Of a DNA stretch of 57,133 bases, positions 1-12,200 are shown piece by piece. Origin of the DNA: Nemertoderma westbladi (lineage: Eukaryota > Animalia > Xenacoelomorpha); contig JAUCBJ010009005.1 in the NCBI GenBank assembly GCA_032718475.1, positions 1 to 57,133 on the forward strand, written 5' to 3'. A program made the translations under genes and the position numbers. Below the pieces are notes generated by a model. It did not search any database. It was not told where the DNA came from and saw only the letters and a program-made list of their open reading frames with translations. How positions within the stretch are numbered: the first letter of the stretch is position 1; each line of letters begins with the position of its first letter.

Positions 1-195
1 GAGGACCAGCCAGTGCATAATCTTGTACTTTGGCAGCCTCATGGAGTGAATAAGCGTGGTGGACAGCCCATGACTTTCTTGAGACGCATCTTAAAGGACA
101 CTGGCCTTAAAGATGCGGATGATCTAGCAAATGTCATGGGTGATAGGGAGTTGTGGCGGTGCAATTTTGTTGACAAGCCGGCACAGCATTCTTAA
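1..195 (+). mobile_element. 3' end of an RTE-like non-LTR retrotransposon ORF (runs in from window edge)
   Basis: Frame open from base 1: EDQPVHNLVLWQPHGVNKRGGQPMTFLRRILKDTGL...LANVMGDRELWR matches the recalled RTE C-terminal pattern LVLWxP.G.R.RGRP..T.....DTGL...M.DR..WR; stop at 193-195. Confidence 0.7.
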
Positions 196-231
196 AAATG
201 CAGCTGCAATGCAGCATGCCGATCCTAGTAG

Positions 232-3200
232 TTCTTCGTGCCAGACTACTTTATTTAGCTCAGTACTGTAGTGTGCTTTCTTCGTGCCAGACTACTTTAT
301 TTAGCTCAGTACTGTAGTGTGCTTTCTTCGTGCCAGACTACTTTATTTAGCTCAGTACTATAGTGTGCTTTCTTCGTGCCAGACTACTTACTTTATTTAG
401 CTCAGTACTGTAGTGTGCTTTCTTCGTGCCAGACTACTTTATTTAGCTCAGTACTATAGTGTGCTTTCTTCGTGCCAGACTACTTTATTTAGCTCAGTAC
501 TGTAGTGTGCTTTCTTCGTGTCAGACTTTATTTAACTCAGTACTGTAGTGTACTTTCTTCGTGCCAGACTACTTTATTTAGCTCAGTAATGTAGTGTACT
601 TTCTTTGTGCCAGACTACTTTATTTAGCTCAGTACTGTAGTGTGCTTTCTTCGTGCCAGACTACTTTATTTAGCTCAGTACTGTAGTGTGCTTTCTTCGT
701 GCCAGACTACTTTATTTAGCTCAGTACTGTAGTGTGCTTTCTTCGTGCCAGACTTTATTTAACTCAGTACTGTAGTGTACTTTCTTCGTGCCAGACTACT
801 TTATTTAGCTCAGTACTATAGTGCGCTTTCTTCGTGCCAGACTACTTTATTTAGCTCAGTACTGTAGTGTGCTTTCTTCGTGCCAGACTACTTTATTTAG
901 CTCAGTACTGTAGTGTGCTTTCTTCGTGCCAGACTACTTTATTTAGCTCAGTACTGTAGTGTGCTTTCTTCGTGCCAGACTACTTTATTTAGCTCAGTAC
1001 TGTAGTGTGCTTTCTTCGAGCCAGACTACTTTATTTAGCTCAGTACTATAGTGTGCTTTCTTCGTGCCAGACTACTTACTTTATTTAGCTCAGTACTGTA
1101 GTGTGCTTTCTTCGTGCCAGACTACTTTATTTAGCTCAGTACTATAGTGTGCTTTCTTCGTGCCAGACTACTTTATTTAGCTCAGTACTATAGTGTGCTT
1201 TCTTCGTGCCAGACTACTTTATTTAGCTCAGTACTGTAGTGTGCTTTCTTCGTGCCAGACTACTTTATTTAGCTTAGTACTGTAGTGTGCTTTCTTCGTG
1301 CCAGACTACTTTATTTAGCTCAGTACTGTAGTGTGCTTTCTTCGTGCCAGACGACTTACTTTATTTAGCTCAGTACTGTAGTGTGCTTTCTTCGTGCCAG
1401 ACTACTTTATTTAGCTCAGTAATGTAGTGTGCTTTCTTCGTGCCAGACTACTTTATTTAGCTCAGTACTATAGTGTGCTTTCTGCGTGCCAGACTACTTT
1501 ATTTAGCTCAGTACTGTAGTGTACTTTCTTCGTGCCAGACTACTTTATTTAGCTCAGTACTGTAGTGTACTTTCTTCGTGCCAGACTACTTTATTTAGCT
1601 CAGTACTGTAGTGTACTTTCTTCGTGCCAGACTACTTTATTTAGCTCAGTACTATAGTGTGCTTTCTTCGTGCCAGACTACTTTATTTAGCTCAGTACTG
1701 TAGTGTACTTTCTTCGTGCCAGACTACTTTATTTAGCTCAGTACTATAGTGTGCTTTCTTCGTGCCAGACTACTTTATTTAGCTCAGTAATGTAGTGTGC
1801 TTTCTTCGTGCCAGACTACTTTATTTAGCTCAGTACTATAGTGTGCTTTCTTCGTGCCAGACTACTTTATTTAGCTCAGTACTGTAGTGTACTTTCTTCG
1901 TGCCAGACTACTTTATTTAGCTCAGTACTATAGTGTGCTTTCTTCGTGCCAGACTACTTTATTTAGTTCAGTACTGTAGTGTACTTTCTTCGTGCCAGAC
2001 TACTTTATTTAGCTCAGTACTGTAGTGTGCTTTCTTCGTGCCAGACTACTTACTTTATTTAGCTCAGTACTGTAGTGTGCTTTCTTCGTGCCAGACTACT
2101 TTATTTAGCTCAGTACTATAGTGTGCTTTCTTCGTGCCAGACTACTTTATTTAGCTCAGTACTATAGTGTGCTTTCTTCGTGCCAGACTACTTACTTTAT
2201 TTAGCTCAGTACTGTAGTGTGCTTTCTTCGTGCCAGACTACTTTATTTAGCTCAGTACTGTAGTGTGTTTTCTTCGTGCCAGACTACTTACTTTATTTAG
2301 CTCAGTACTGTAGTGTGCTTTCTTCGTGCCAGACTACTTACTTTATTTAGCTCAGCACTGTAGTGTGCTTTCTTCGTGCCAGACTACTGTATTTAGCTCA
2401 GTACTATAGTGTGCTTTCTTCGTGCCAGACTACTTTATTTAGCTCAGTACTGTAGTGTGCTTTCTTCGTGCCAGACTACTTTATTTAGCTCAGTACTGTA
2501 GTGTGCTTTCTTCGTGCCAGACTACTTTATTTAGCTCAGTACTGTAGTGTGCTTTCTTCGTGCCAGTCTACTTACTTTATTTAGCTCAGTGTTGTAGTGT
2601 ACTTTCTTCGTGCCAGACTACTTTATTTAGCTTAGTACTGTAATGTGCTTTCTTCGTGCCAGACTACTTACTTTATTTAGCTCAGTACTGTAGTGTACTT
2701 TCTTCGTACCAGACTACTTTATTTAGCTCAGTACTGTAGTGTGCTTTCTTCGTGCCAGACGACTTACTTTATTTAGCTCAGTACTGTAGTGTACTTTCTT
2801 CATGCCAGACTACTATATTTAGCTTAGTACTGTAGTGTGCTTTCTTCGTGCCAGACGACTTACTTTATTTAGCTCAGTACTGTAGTGTACTTTCTTCATG
2901 CCAGACTACTATATTTAGCTTAGTACTGTAGTGTGCTTTCTTCGTGCCAGACTACTTACTTTATTTAGCTCAGTACTGTAGTGTACTTTCTTCATGCCAG
3001 ACTACTATATTTAGCTTAGTACTGTAGTGTGCTTTCTTCGTGCCAGACTACTTACTTTATTTAGCTCAGTACTGTAGTGTACTTTCTTCATGCCAGACTA
3101 CTATATTTAGCTTAGTACTGTAGTGTGCTTTCTTCGTGCCAGACTACTTACTTTATTTAGCTCAGTACTGTAGTGTGCTTTCTTCGTGCCAGACTACTTT

Positions 3201-6200
3201 ATTTAGCTCAGTACTGTAGTGTGCTTTCTTCGTGCAAGACTACTATATTTAGCTTAGTACTGTAGTGTACTTTCTTCGTGCCAGACTACTTACTTTATTT
3301 AGCTCAGTACTGTAGTGTACTTTCTTCGTGCCAGACTACTTTATTTAGCTTAGTACTGTAATGTGCTTTCTTCGTGCCAGACTACTTACTTTATTTAGCT
3401 CAGTACTGTAGTGTACTTCCTTCGTGCTAGACTACTTTATTTAGCTCAGTACTGTAGTGTGCTTTCTTCGTGCCAGACTACTTACTTTATTTAGCTCAGT
3501 ACTGTAGTGTACTTTCTTCATGCCAGACTACTATATTTAGCTTAGTACTGTAGTGTGCTTTCTTCGTGCCAGACTACTTTATATAGCTCAGTACTGTAGT
3601 GCGCTTTCTTCGTGCCAGACTACTTTATTTAGCCCAGTACTGTAGTGTGCTTTCTTCGTGCCAGACTACTTACTTTATTTAGCTCAGTACTGTAGTGTGC
3701 TTTCCTCGTGCCAGACTACTTTATTTAGCCCAGTACTGTAGTGTGCTTTCTTCGTGCCAGACTACTTACTTTATTTAGCTCAGTACTATAGTGTGCTTTC
3801 TTCGTGCCAGACTACTTACTTTATTTAGCTCAGTACTGTAGTGTGCTTTCTTCGTGCCAGACTACTTTATTTAGCTCAGTACTATAGTGTGCTTTCTTCG
3901 TGCCAGACTACTTTATTTAGCTCAGTACTGTAGTGTGCTTTCTTCGTGCCAGACGACTTACTTTATTTAGCTCAGTACTGTAGTGTACTTTCTTCATGCC
4001 AGACTACTATATTTAGCTTAGTACTGTAGTGTGCTTTCTTCGTGCCAGACTACTTACTTTATTTAGCTTAGTACTGTAGTGTGCTTTCTTCGTGCCAGTC
4101 TACTTACTTTATTTAGCTCAGTACTGTAGTGTACTTTATTCGTGCCAGACTACTTTATTTAGCTTAGTACTGTAATGTGCTTTCTTCGTGCCAGACTACT
4201 TACTTTATTTAGCTCAGTACTGTAGTGTACTTTCTTCGTGCCAGACTACTTTATTTAGCTCAGTACTGTAGTGTGCTTTCTTCGTGCCAGACGACTTACT
4301 TTATTTAGCTCAGTACTGTAGTGTACTTTCTTCATGCCAGACTACTATATTTAGCTTAGTACTGTAGTGTGCTTTCTTCGTGCCAGACGACTTACTTTAT
4401 TTAGCTCAGTACTGTAGTGTACTTTCTTCATGCCAGACTACTATATTTAGCTTAGTACTGTAGTGTGCTTTCTTCGTACCAGACTACTTACTTTATTTAG
4501 CTCAGTACTGTAGTGTACTTTCTTCATGCCAGACTACTATATTTAGCTTAGTACTGTAGTGTGCTTTCTTCGTGCCAGACTACTTACTTTATTTAGCTCA
4601 GTACTGTAGTGTACCTTCTTCGTGCCAGACTACTTTATTTAGCTCAGTACTGTAGTGTACTTTCTTCGTGCCAGACTACTTTATTTAGCTCAGTGCTGTA
4701 GTGTGCTTTCTTCGTGCCAGACTACTTTATTTAGCTTAGTACTGTAGTGTGCTTTCTTCGTGCCAGACTACTTTATTTAGCTCAGTACTGTAGTGTGCTT
4801 TCTTCGTGCCAGACGACTTACTTTATTTAGCTCAGTACTGTAGTGTGCTTTCTTCGTGCCAGACTACTTTATTTAGCTTAGTACTGTAGTGTGCTTTCTT
4901 CGTGCCAGACTACTTTATTTAGCTTAGTACTGTAGTGTGCTTTCTCCGTGCCAGACTACTTTATTTAGCTTAGTACTGTAGTGTGCTTTCTTCGTGCCAG
5001 ACTACTTTATTTAGCTTAGTACTGTAGTGTGCTTTATTCGTGCTAGACTACTTTATTTAGCTTAGTACTGTAGTGTGCTTTCTCCGTGCCAGACTACTTT
5101 ATTTAGCTTAGTACTGTAGTGTGCTTTCTTCGTGCCAGACTACTTTATTTAGCTTAGTACTGTAGTGTGCTTTCTCCGTGCCAGACTACTTTATTTAGCT
5201 TAGTACTGTAGTGTGCTTTCTTCGTGCCAGACTACTTTATTTAGCTCAGTACTGTAGTGTGCTTTCTCCGTGCCAGACTACTTACTTTATTTAGCTCAGT
5301 ACTGTAGTGTGCTTTCTTCGTGCCAGACTACTTTATTTAGCTCAGTACTGTAGTGTGCTTTATTCGTGCTAGACTACTTTATTTAGCTTAGTACTGTAGT
5401 GTGCTTTCTTCGTGCCAGACTACTTTATTTAGCTCAGTACTGTAGTGTGCTTTCTCCGTGCCAGACTACTTACTTTATTTAGCTCAGTACTGTAGTGTGC
5501 TTTCTTCGTGCCAGACTACTTTATTTAGCTCAGTACTGTAGTGTGCTTTATTCGTGCTAGACTACTTTATTTAGCTCAGTACTGTAGTGTGCTTTCTTCG
5601 TGCCAGACTACTTTATTTAGCTCAGTACTGTAGTGTGCTTTATTCGTGCTAGACTACTTTATTTAGCTTAGTACTGTAGTGTGCTTTTTTCGTGCCAGAC
5701 TACTTTATTTAGCTTAGTACTGTAGTGTGCTTTCTTCGTGCCAGTCTACTTACTTTATTTAGCTCAGTACTGTAGTGTACTTTCTTCGTGCCAGACTACT
5801 TTATTTAGCTTAGTACTGTAATGTGCTTTCTTCGTGCCAGACTACTTACTTTATTTAGCTCAGTACTGTAGTGTACTTTCTTCGTGCCAGACTACTTTAT
5901 TTAGCTCAGTACTGTAGTGTGCTTTCTTCGTGCCAGACGACTTACTTTATTTAGCTCAGTACTGTAGTGTACTTTCTTCATGCCAGACTACTATATTTAG
6001 CTTAGTACTGTAGTGTGCTTTCTTCGTGCCAGACTACTTACTTTATTTAGCTTAGTACTGTAGTGTGCTTTCTTCGTGCCAGTCTACTTACTTTATTTAG
6101 TTCAGTACTGTAGTGTACTTTCTTCGTGCCAGACTACTTTATTTAGCTTAGTACTGTAATGTGCTTTCTTCGTGCCAGACTACTTACTTTATTTAGCTCA

Positions 6201-9200
6201 GTACTGTAGTGTACTTTCTTCGTGCCAGACTACTTTATTTAGCTCAGTACTGTAGTGTGCTTTCTTCGTGCCAGACGACTTACTTTATTTAGCTCAGTAC
6301 TGTAGTGTACTTTCTTCATGCCAGACTACTATATTTAGCTTAGTACTGTAGTGTGCTTTCTTCGTGCCAGACGACTTACTTTATTTAGCTCAGTACTGTA
6401 GTGTACTTTCTTCATGCCAGACTACTATATTTAGCTTAGTACTGTAGTGTGCTTTCTTCGTGCCAGACTACTTACTTTATTTAGCTCAGTACTGTAGTGT
6501 ACTTTCTTCATGCCAGACTACTATATTTAGCTTAGTACTGTAGTGTGCTTTCTTCGTGCCAGACTACTTACTTTATTTAGCTCAGTACTGTAGTGTACTA
6601 TCTTCATGCCAGACTACTATATTTAGCTTAGTACTGTAGTTTGCTTTCTTCGTGCCAGACTACTTACTTTATTTAGCTCAGTACTGTAGTGTGCTTTCTT
6701 CGTGCCAGACTACTTTATTTAGCTCAGTACTGTAGTGTGCTTTCTTCGTGCAAGACTACTATATTTAGCTTAGTACTGTAGTGTACTTTCTTCGTGCCAG
6801 ACTACTTACTTTATTTAGCTCAGTACTGTAGTGTACTTTCTTCGTGCCAGACTACTTTATTTAGCTTAGTACTGTAATGTGCTTTCTTCGTGCCAGACTA
6901 CTTACTTTATTTAGCTCAGTACTGTAGTGTACTTTCTTCGTGCTAGACTACTTTATTTAGCTCAGTACTGTAGTGTGCTTTCTTCGTGCCAGACTACTTA
7001 CTTTATTTAGCTCAGTACTGTAGTGTACTTTCTTCATGCCAGACTACTATATTTAGCTTAGTACTGTAGTGTGCTTTCTTCGTGCCAGACTACTTTATAT
7101 AGCTCAGTACTGTAGTGTGCTTTCTTCGTGCCAGACTACTTTATTTAGCCCAGTACTGTAGTGTGCTTTCTTCGTGCCAGACTACTTACTTTATTTAGCT
7201 CAGTACTGTAGTGTGCTTTCCTCGTGCCAGACTACTTTATTTAGCCCAGTACTGTAGTGTGCTTTCTTCGTGCCAGACTACTTACTTTATTTAGCTCAGT
7301 GCTATAGTGTGCTTTCTTCGTGCCAGACTACTTACTTTATTTAGCTCAGTACTGTAGTGTGCTTTCTTCGTGCCAGACTACTTTATTTAGCTCAGTACTA
7401 TAGTGTGCTTTCTTCGTGCCAGACTACTTTATTTAGCTCAGTACTGTAGTGTGCTTTCTTCGTGCCAGACGACTTACTTTATTTAGCTCAGTACTGTAAT
7501 GTACTTTCTTCATGCCAGACTACTATATTTAGCTTAGTACTGTAGTGTGCTTTCTTCGTGCCAGACTACTTACTTTATTTAGCTTAGTACTGTAGTGTGC
7601 TTTCTTCGTGCCAGTCTACTTACTTTATTTAGCTCAGTACTGTAGTGTACTTTCTTCGTGCCAGACTACTTTATTTAGCTTAGTACTGTAATGTGCTTTC
7701 TTCGTGCCAGACTACTTACTTTATTTAGCTCAGTACTGTAGTGTACTTTCTTCGTGCCAGACTACTTTATTTAGCTCAGTACTGTAGTGTGCTTTCTTCG
7801 TGCCAGACGACTTACTTTATTTAGCTCAGTACTGTAGTGTACTTTCTTCATGCCAGACTACTATATTTAGCTTAGTACTGTAGTGTGCTTTCTTCGTGCC
7901 AGACGACTTACTTTATTTAGCTCAGTACTGTAGTGTACTTTCTTCATGCCAGACTACTATATTTAGCTTAGTACTGTAGTGTGCTTTCTTCGTGCCAGAC
8001 TACTTACTTTATTTAGCTCAGTACTGTAGTGTACTTTCTTCATGCCAGACTACTATATTTAGCTTAGTACTGTAGTGTGCTTTCTTCGTGCCAGACTACT
8101 TACTTTATTTAGCTCAGTACTGTAGTGTACTTTCTTCATGCCAGACTACTATATTTAGCTTAGTACTGTATTGTGCTTTCTTCGTGCCAGACTACTTACT
8201 TTATTTAGCTCAGTACTGTAGTGTGCTTTCTTCGTGCCAGACTACTTTATTTAGCTCAGTACTGTAGTGTGCTTTCTTCGTGCAAGACTACTATATTTAG
8301 CTTAGTACTGTAGTGTACTTTCTTCGTGCCAGACTACTTACTTTATTTAGCTCAGTACTGTAGTGTACTTTCTTCGTGCCAGACTACTTTATTTAGCTTA
8401 GTACTGTAATGTGCTTTCTTCGTGCCAGACTACTTACTTTATTTAGCTCAGTACTGTAGTGTACTTTCTTCGTGCTAGACTACTTTATTTAGCTCAGTAC
8501 TGTAGTGTGCTTTCTTCGTGCCAGACTACTTACTTTATTTAGCTCAGTACTGTAGTGTACTTTCTTCGTGCCAGACTACTATATTTAGCTTAGCACTGTA
8601 GTGTGCTTTCTTCGTGCCAGACTACTTTATATAGCTCAGTACTGTAGTGTGCTTTCTTCGTGCCAGACTACTTTATTTAGCCCAGTACTGTAGTGTGCTT
8701 TCTTCGTGCCAGACTACTTACTTTATTTAGCTCAGTACTGTAGTGTGCTTTCCTCGTGCCAGACTACTTTATTTAGCCCAGTACTGTAGTGTGCTTTCTT
8801 CGTGCCAGACTACTTACTTTATTTAGCTCAGTACTGTAGTGTGCTTTCCTCGTGCCAGACTACTTTATTTAGCTCAGTACTATAGTGTGCTTTCTTCGTG
8901 CCAGACTACTTTATTTAGCTCAGTACTGTAGTGTACTTTCTTCATGCCAGACTACTATATTTAGCTTAGTACTGCAGTGTGCTTTCTTCGTGCCAGACTA
9001 CTTACTTTATTTAGCTCAGTACTGTAGTGTGCTTTCCTCGTGCCAGACTACTTTATTTAGCTCAGTACTATAGTGTGCTTTCTTCGTGCCAGACTACTAT
9101 ATTTAGCTTACTACTGTAGTGTACTTTCTTCGTGCCAGACTACTTTATTTAGCTCAGTACTGTAGTGTGCTTTCTTCGTGCCAGACTACTTACTTTATTT

Positions 9201-12200
9201 AGCTCAGTACTGTAGTGTGCTTTCTTCGTGCCAGACTACTTTATTTAGCTTAGTACTGTAGTGTACTTTCTTCGTGCCAGACTACTTTATTTAGCTCAGT
9301 ACTGTAGTGTGCTTTCTTCGTGCCAGACTACTTACTTTATTTAGCTCAGTACTGTAGTGTACTTTCTTCGTGCCAGACTACTTTATTTAGCTCAGTACTG
9401 TAGTGTTCTTTCTTCGTGCCAGACTACTTTATTTAGCTCAGTACTGTAGTGTGCTTTCCTCGTGCCAGACTACTTTATTTAGCCCAGTACTGTAGTGTGC
9501 TTTCTTCGTGCCAGACTACTTACTTTATTTAGCTCAGTGCTATAGTGTGCTTTCTTCGTGCCAGACTACTTACTTTATTTAGCTCAGTACTGTAGTGTGC
9601 TTTCTTCGTGCCAGACTACTTTATTTAGCTCAGTACTATAGTGTGCTTTCTTCGTGCCAGACTACTTTATTTAGCTCAGTACTGTAGTGTGCTTTCTTCG
9701 TGCCAGACGACTTACTTTATTTAGCTCAGTACTGTAATGTACTTTCTTCATGCCAGACTACTATATTTAGCTTAGTACTGTAGTGTGCTTTCTTCGTGCC
9801 AGACTACTTACTTTATTTAGCTTAGTACTGTAGTGTGCTTTCTTCGTGCCAGACTACTTACTTTATTTAGCTCAGTACTGTAGTGTACTTTCTTCGTGCC
9901 AGACTACTTTATTTAGCTCAGTACTGTAGTGTGCTTTCTTCGTGCCAGACGACTTACTTTATTTAGCTCAGTACTGTAGTGTACTTTCTTCATGCCAGAC
10001 TACTATATTTAGCTTAGTACTGTAGTGTGCTTTCTTCGTGCCAGACGACTTACTTTATTTAGCTCAGTACTGTAGTGTACTTTCTTCATGCCAGACTACT
10101 ATATTTAGCTTATTACTGTAGTGTGCTTTCTTCGTGCCAGACTACTTACTTTATTTAGCTCAGTACTGTAGTGTACTTTCTTCATGCCAGACTACTATAT
10201 TTAGCTTAGTACTGTAGTGTGCTTTCTTCGTGCCAGACTACTTACTTTATTTAGCTCAGTACTGTAGTGTACTTTCTTCATGCCAGACTACTATATTTAG
10301 CTTAGTACTGTAGCGTGCTTTCTTCGTGCCAGACTACTTACTTTATTTAGCTCAGTACTGTAGTGTGCTTTCTTCGTGCCAGACTACTTTATTTAGCTCA
10401 GTACTGTAGTGTGCTTTCTTCGTGCAAGACTACTATATTTAGCTTAGTACTGTAGTGTACTTTCTTCGTGCCAGACTACTTACTTTATTTAGCTCAGTAC
10501 TGTAGTGTACTTTCTTCGTGCCAGACTACTTTATTTAGCTTAGTACTGTAATGTGCTTTCTTCGTGCCAGACTACTTACTTTATTTAGCTCAGTACTGTA
10601 GTGTACTTTCTTCGTGCTAGACTACTTTATTTAGCTCAGTACTGTAGTGTGCTTTCTTCGTGCCAGACTACTTACTTTATTTAGCTCAGTACTGTAGTGT
10701 ACTTTCTTCGTGCCAGACTACTATATTTAGCTTAGCACTGTAGTGTGCTTTCTTCGTGCCAGACTACTTTATATAGCTCAGTACTGTAGTGTGCTTTCTT
10801 CGTGCCAGACTACTTTATTTAGCCCAGTACTGTAGTGTGCTTTCTTCGTGCCAGACTACTTACTTTATTTAGCTCAGTACTGTAGTGTGCTTTCCTCGTG
10901 CCAGACTACTTTATTTAGCCCAGTACTGTAGTGTGCTTTCTTCGTGCCAGACTACTTACTTTATTTAGCTCAGTACTGTAGTGTGCTTTCCTCGTGCCAG
11001 ACTACTTTATTTAGCTCAGTACTATAGTGTGCTTTCTTCGTGCCAGACTACTTTATTTAGCTCAGTACTGTAGTGTACTTTCTTCATGCCAGACTACTAT
11101 ATTTAGCTTAGTACTGTAGTGTGCTTTCTTCGTGCCAGACTACTTACTTTATTTAGCTCAGTACTGTAGTGTGCTTTCCTCGTGCCAGACTACTTTATTT
11201 AGCTCAGTACTATAGTGTGCTTTCTTCGTGCCAGACTACTATATTTAGCTTACTACTGTAGTGTACTTTCTTCGTGCCAGACTACTTTATTTAGCTCAGT
11301 ACTGTAGTGTGCTTTCTTCGTGCCAGACTACTTACTTTATTTAGCTCAGTACTGTAGTGTGCTTTCTTCGTGCCAGACTACTTTATTTAGCTTAGTACTG
11401 TAGTGTACTTTCTTCGTGCCAGACTACTTTATTTAGCTCAGTACTGTAGTGTGCTTTCTTCGTGCCAGACTACTTACTTTATTTAGCTCAGTACTGTAGT
11501 GTACTTTCTTCGTGCCAGACTACTTTATTTAGCTCAGTACTGTAGTGTTCTTTCTTCGTGCCAGACTACTTTATTTAGCTCAGTACTGTAGTGTGCTTTC
11601 TTCGTGCCAGACTACTTTATTTAGCTCAGTACTGTAGTGTGCTTTCTTCGTGCCAGACTACTTTATTTAGCTCAGTACTATAGTGTGCTTTCTTCGTGCC
11701 AGACTACTTACTTTATTTAGCTCAGTACTGTAGTGTGCTTTCTTCGTGCCAGACTACTTTATTTAGCTCAGTACTATAGTGTGCTTTCTTCGTGCCAGAC
11801 TACTTTATTTAGCTCAGTACTGTAGTGTGCTTTCTTCGTGCCAGACTTTATTTAACTCAGTACTGTAGTGTACTTTCTTCGTGCCAGACTACTTTAATTA
11901 GCTCAGTACTATAGTGTGCTTTCTTCGTGCCAGACTACTTTATTTAGCTCAGTACTGTAGTGTACTTTCTTCGTGCCAGACTACTTTATTTAGCTCAGTA
12001 CTGTAGTGTGCTTTCTTCGTGCCAGACTACTTACTTTATTTAGCTCAGTACTGTAGTGTGCTTTCTTCGTGCCAGACTACTTTATTTAGCTCAGTACTAT
12101 AGTGTGCTTTCTTCGTGCCAGACTACTTTATTTAGCTCAGTACTGTAGTGTGCTTTCTTCGTGCCAGACTACTTTATTTAGCTCAGTACTGTAGTGTGCT

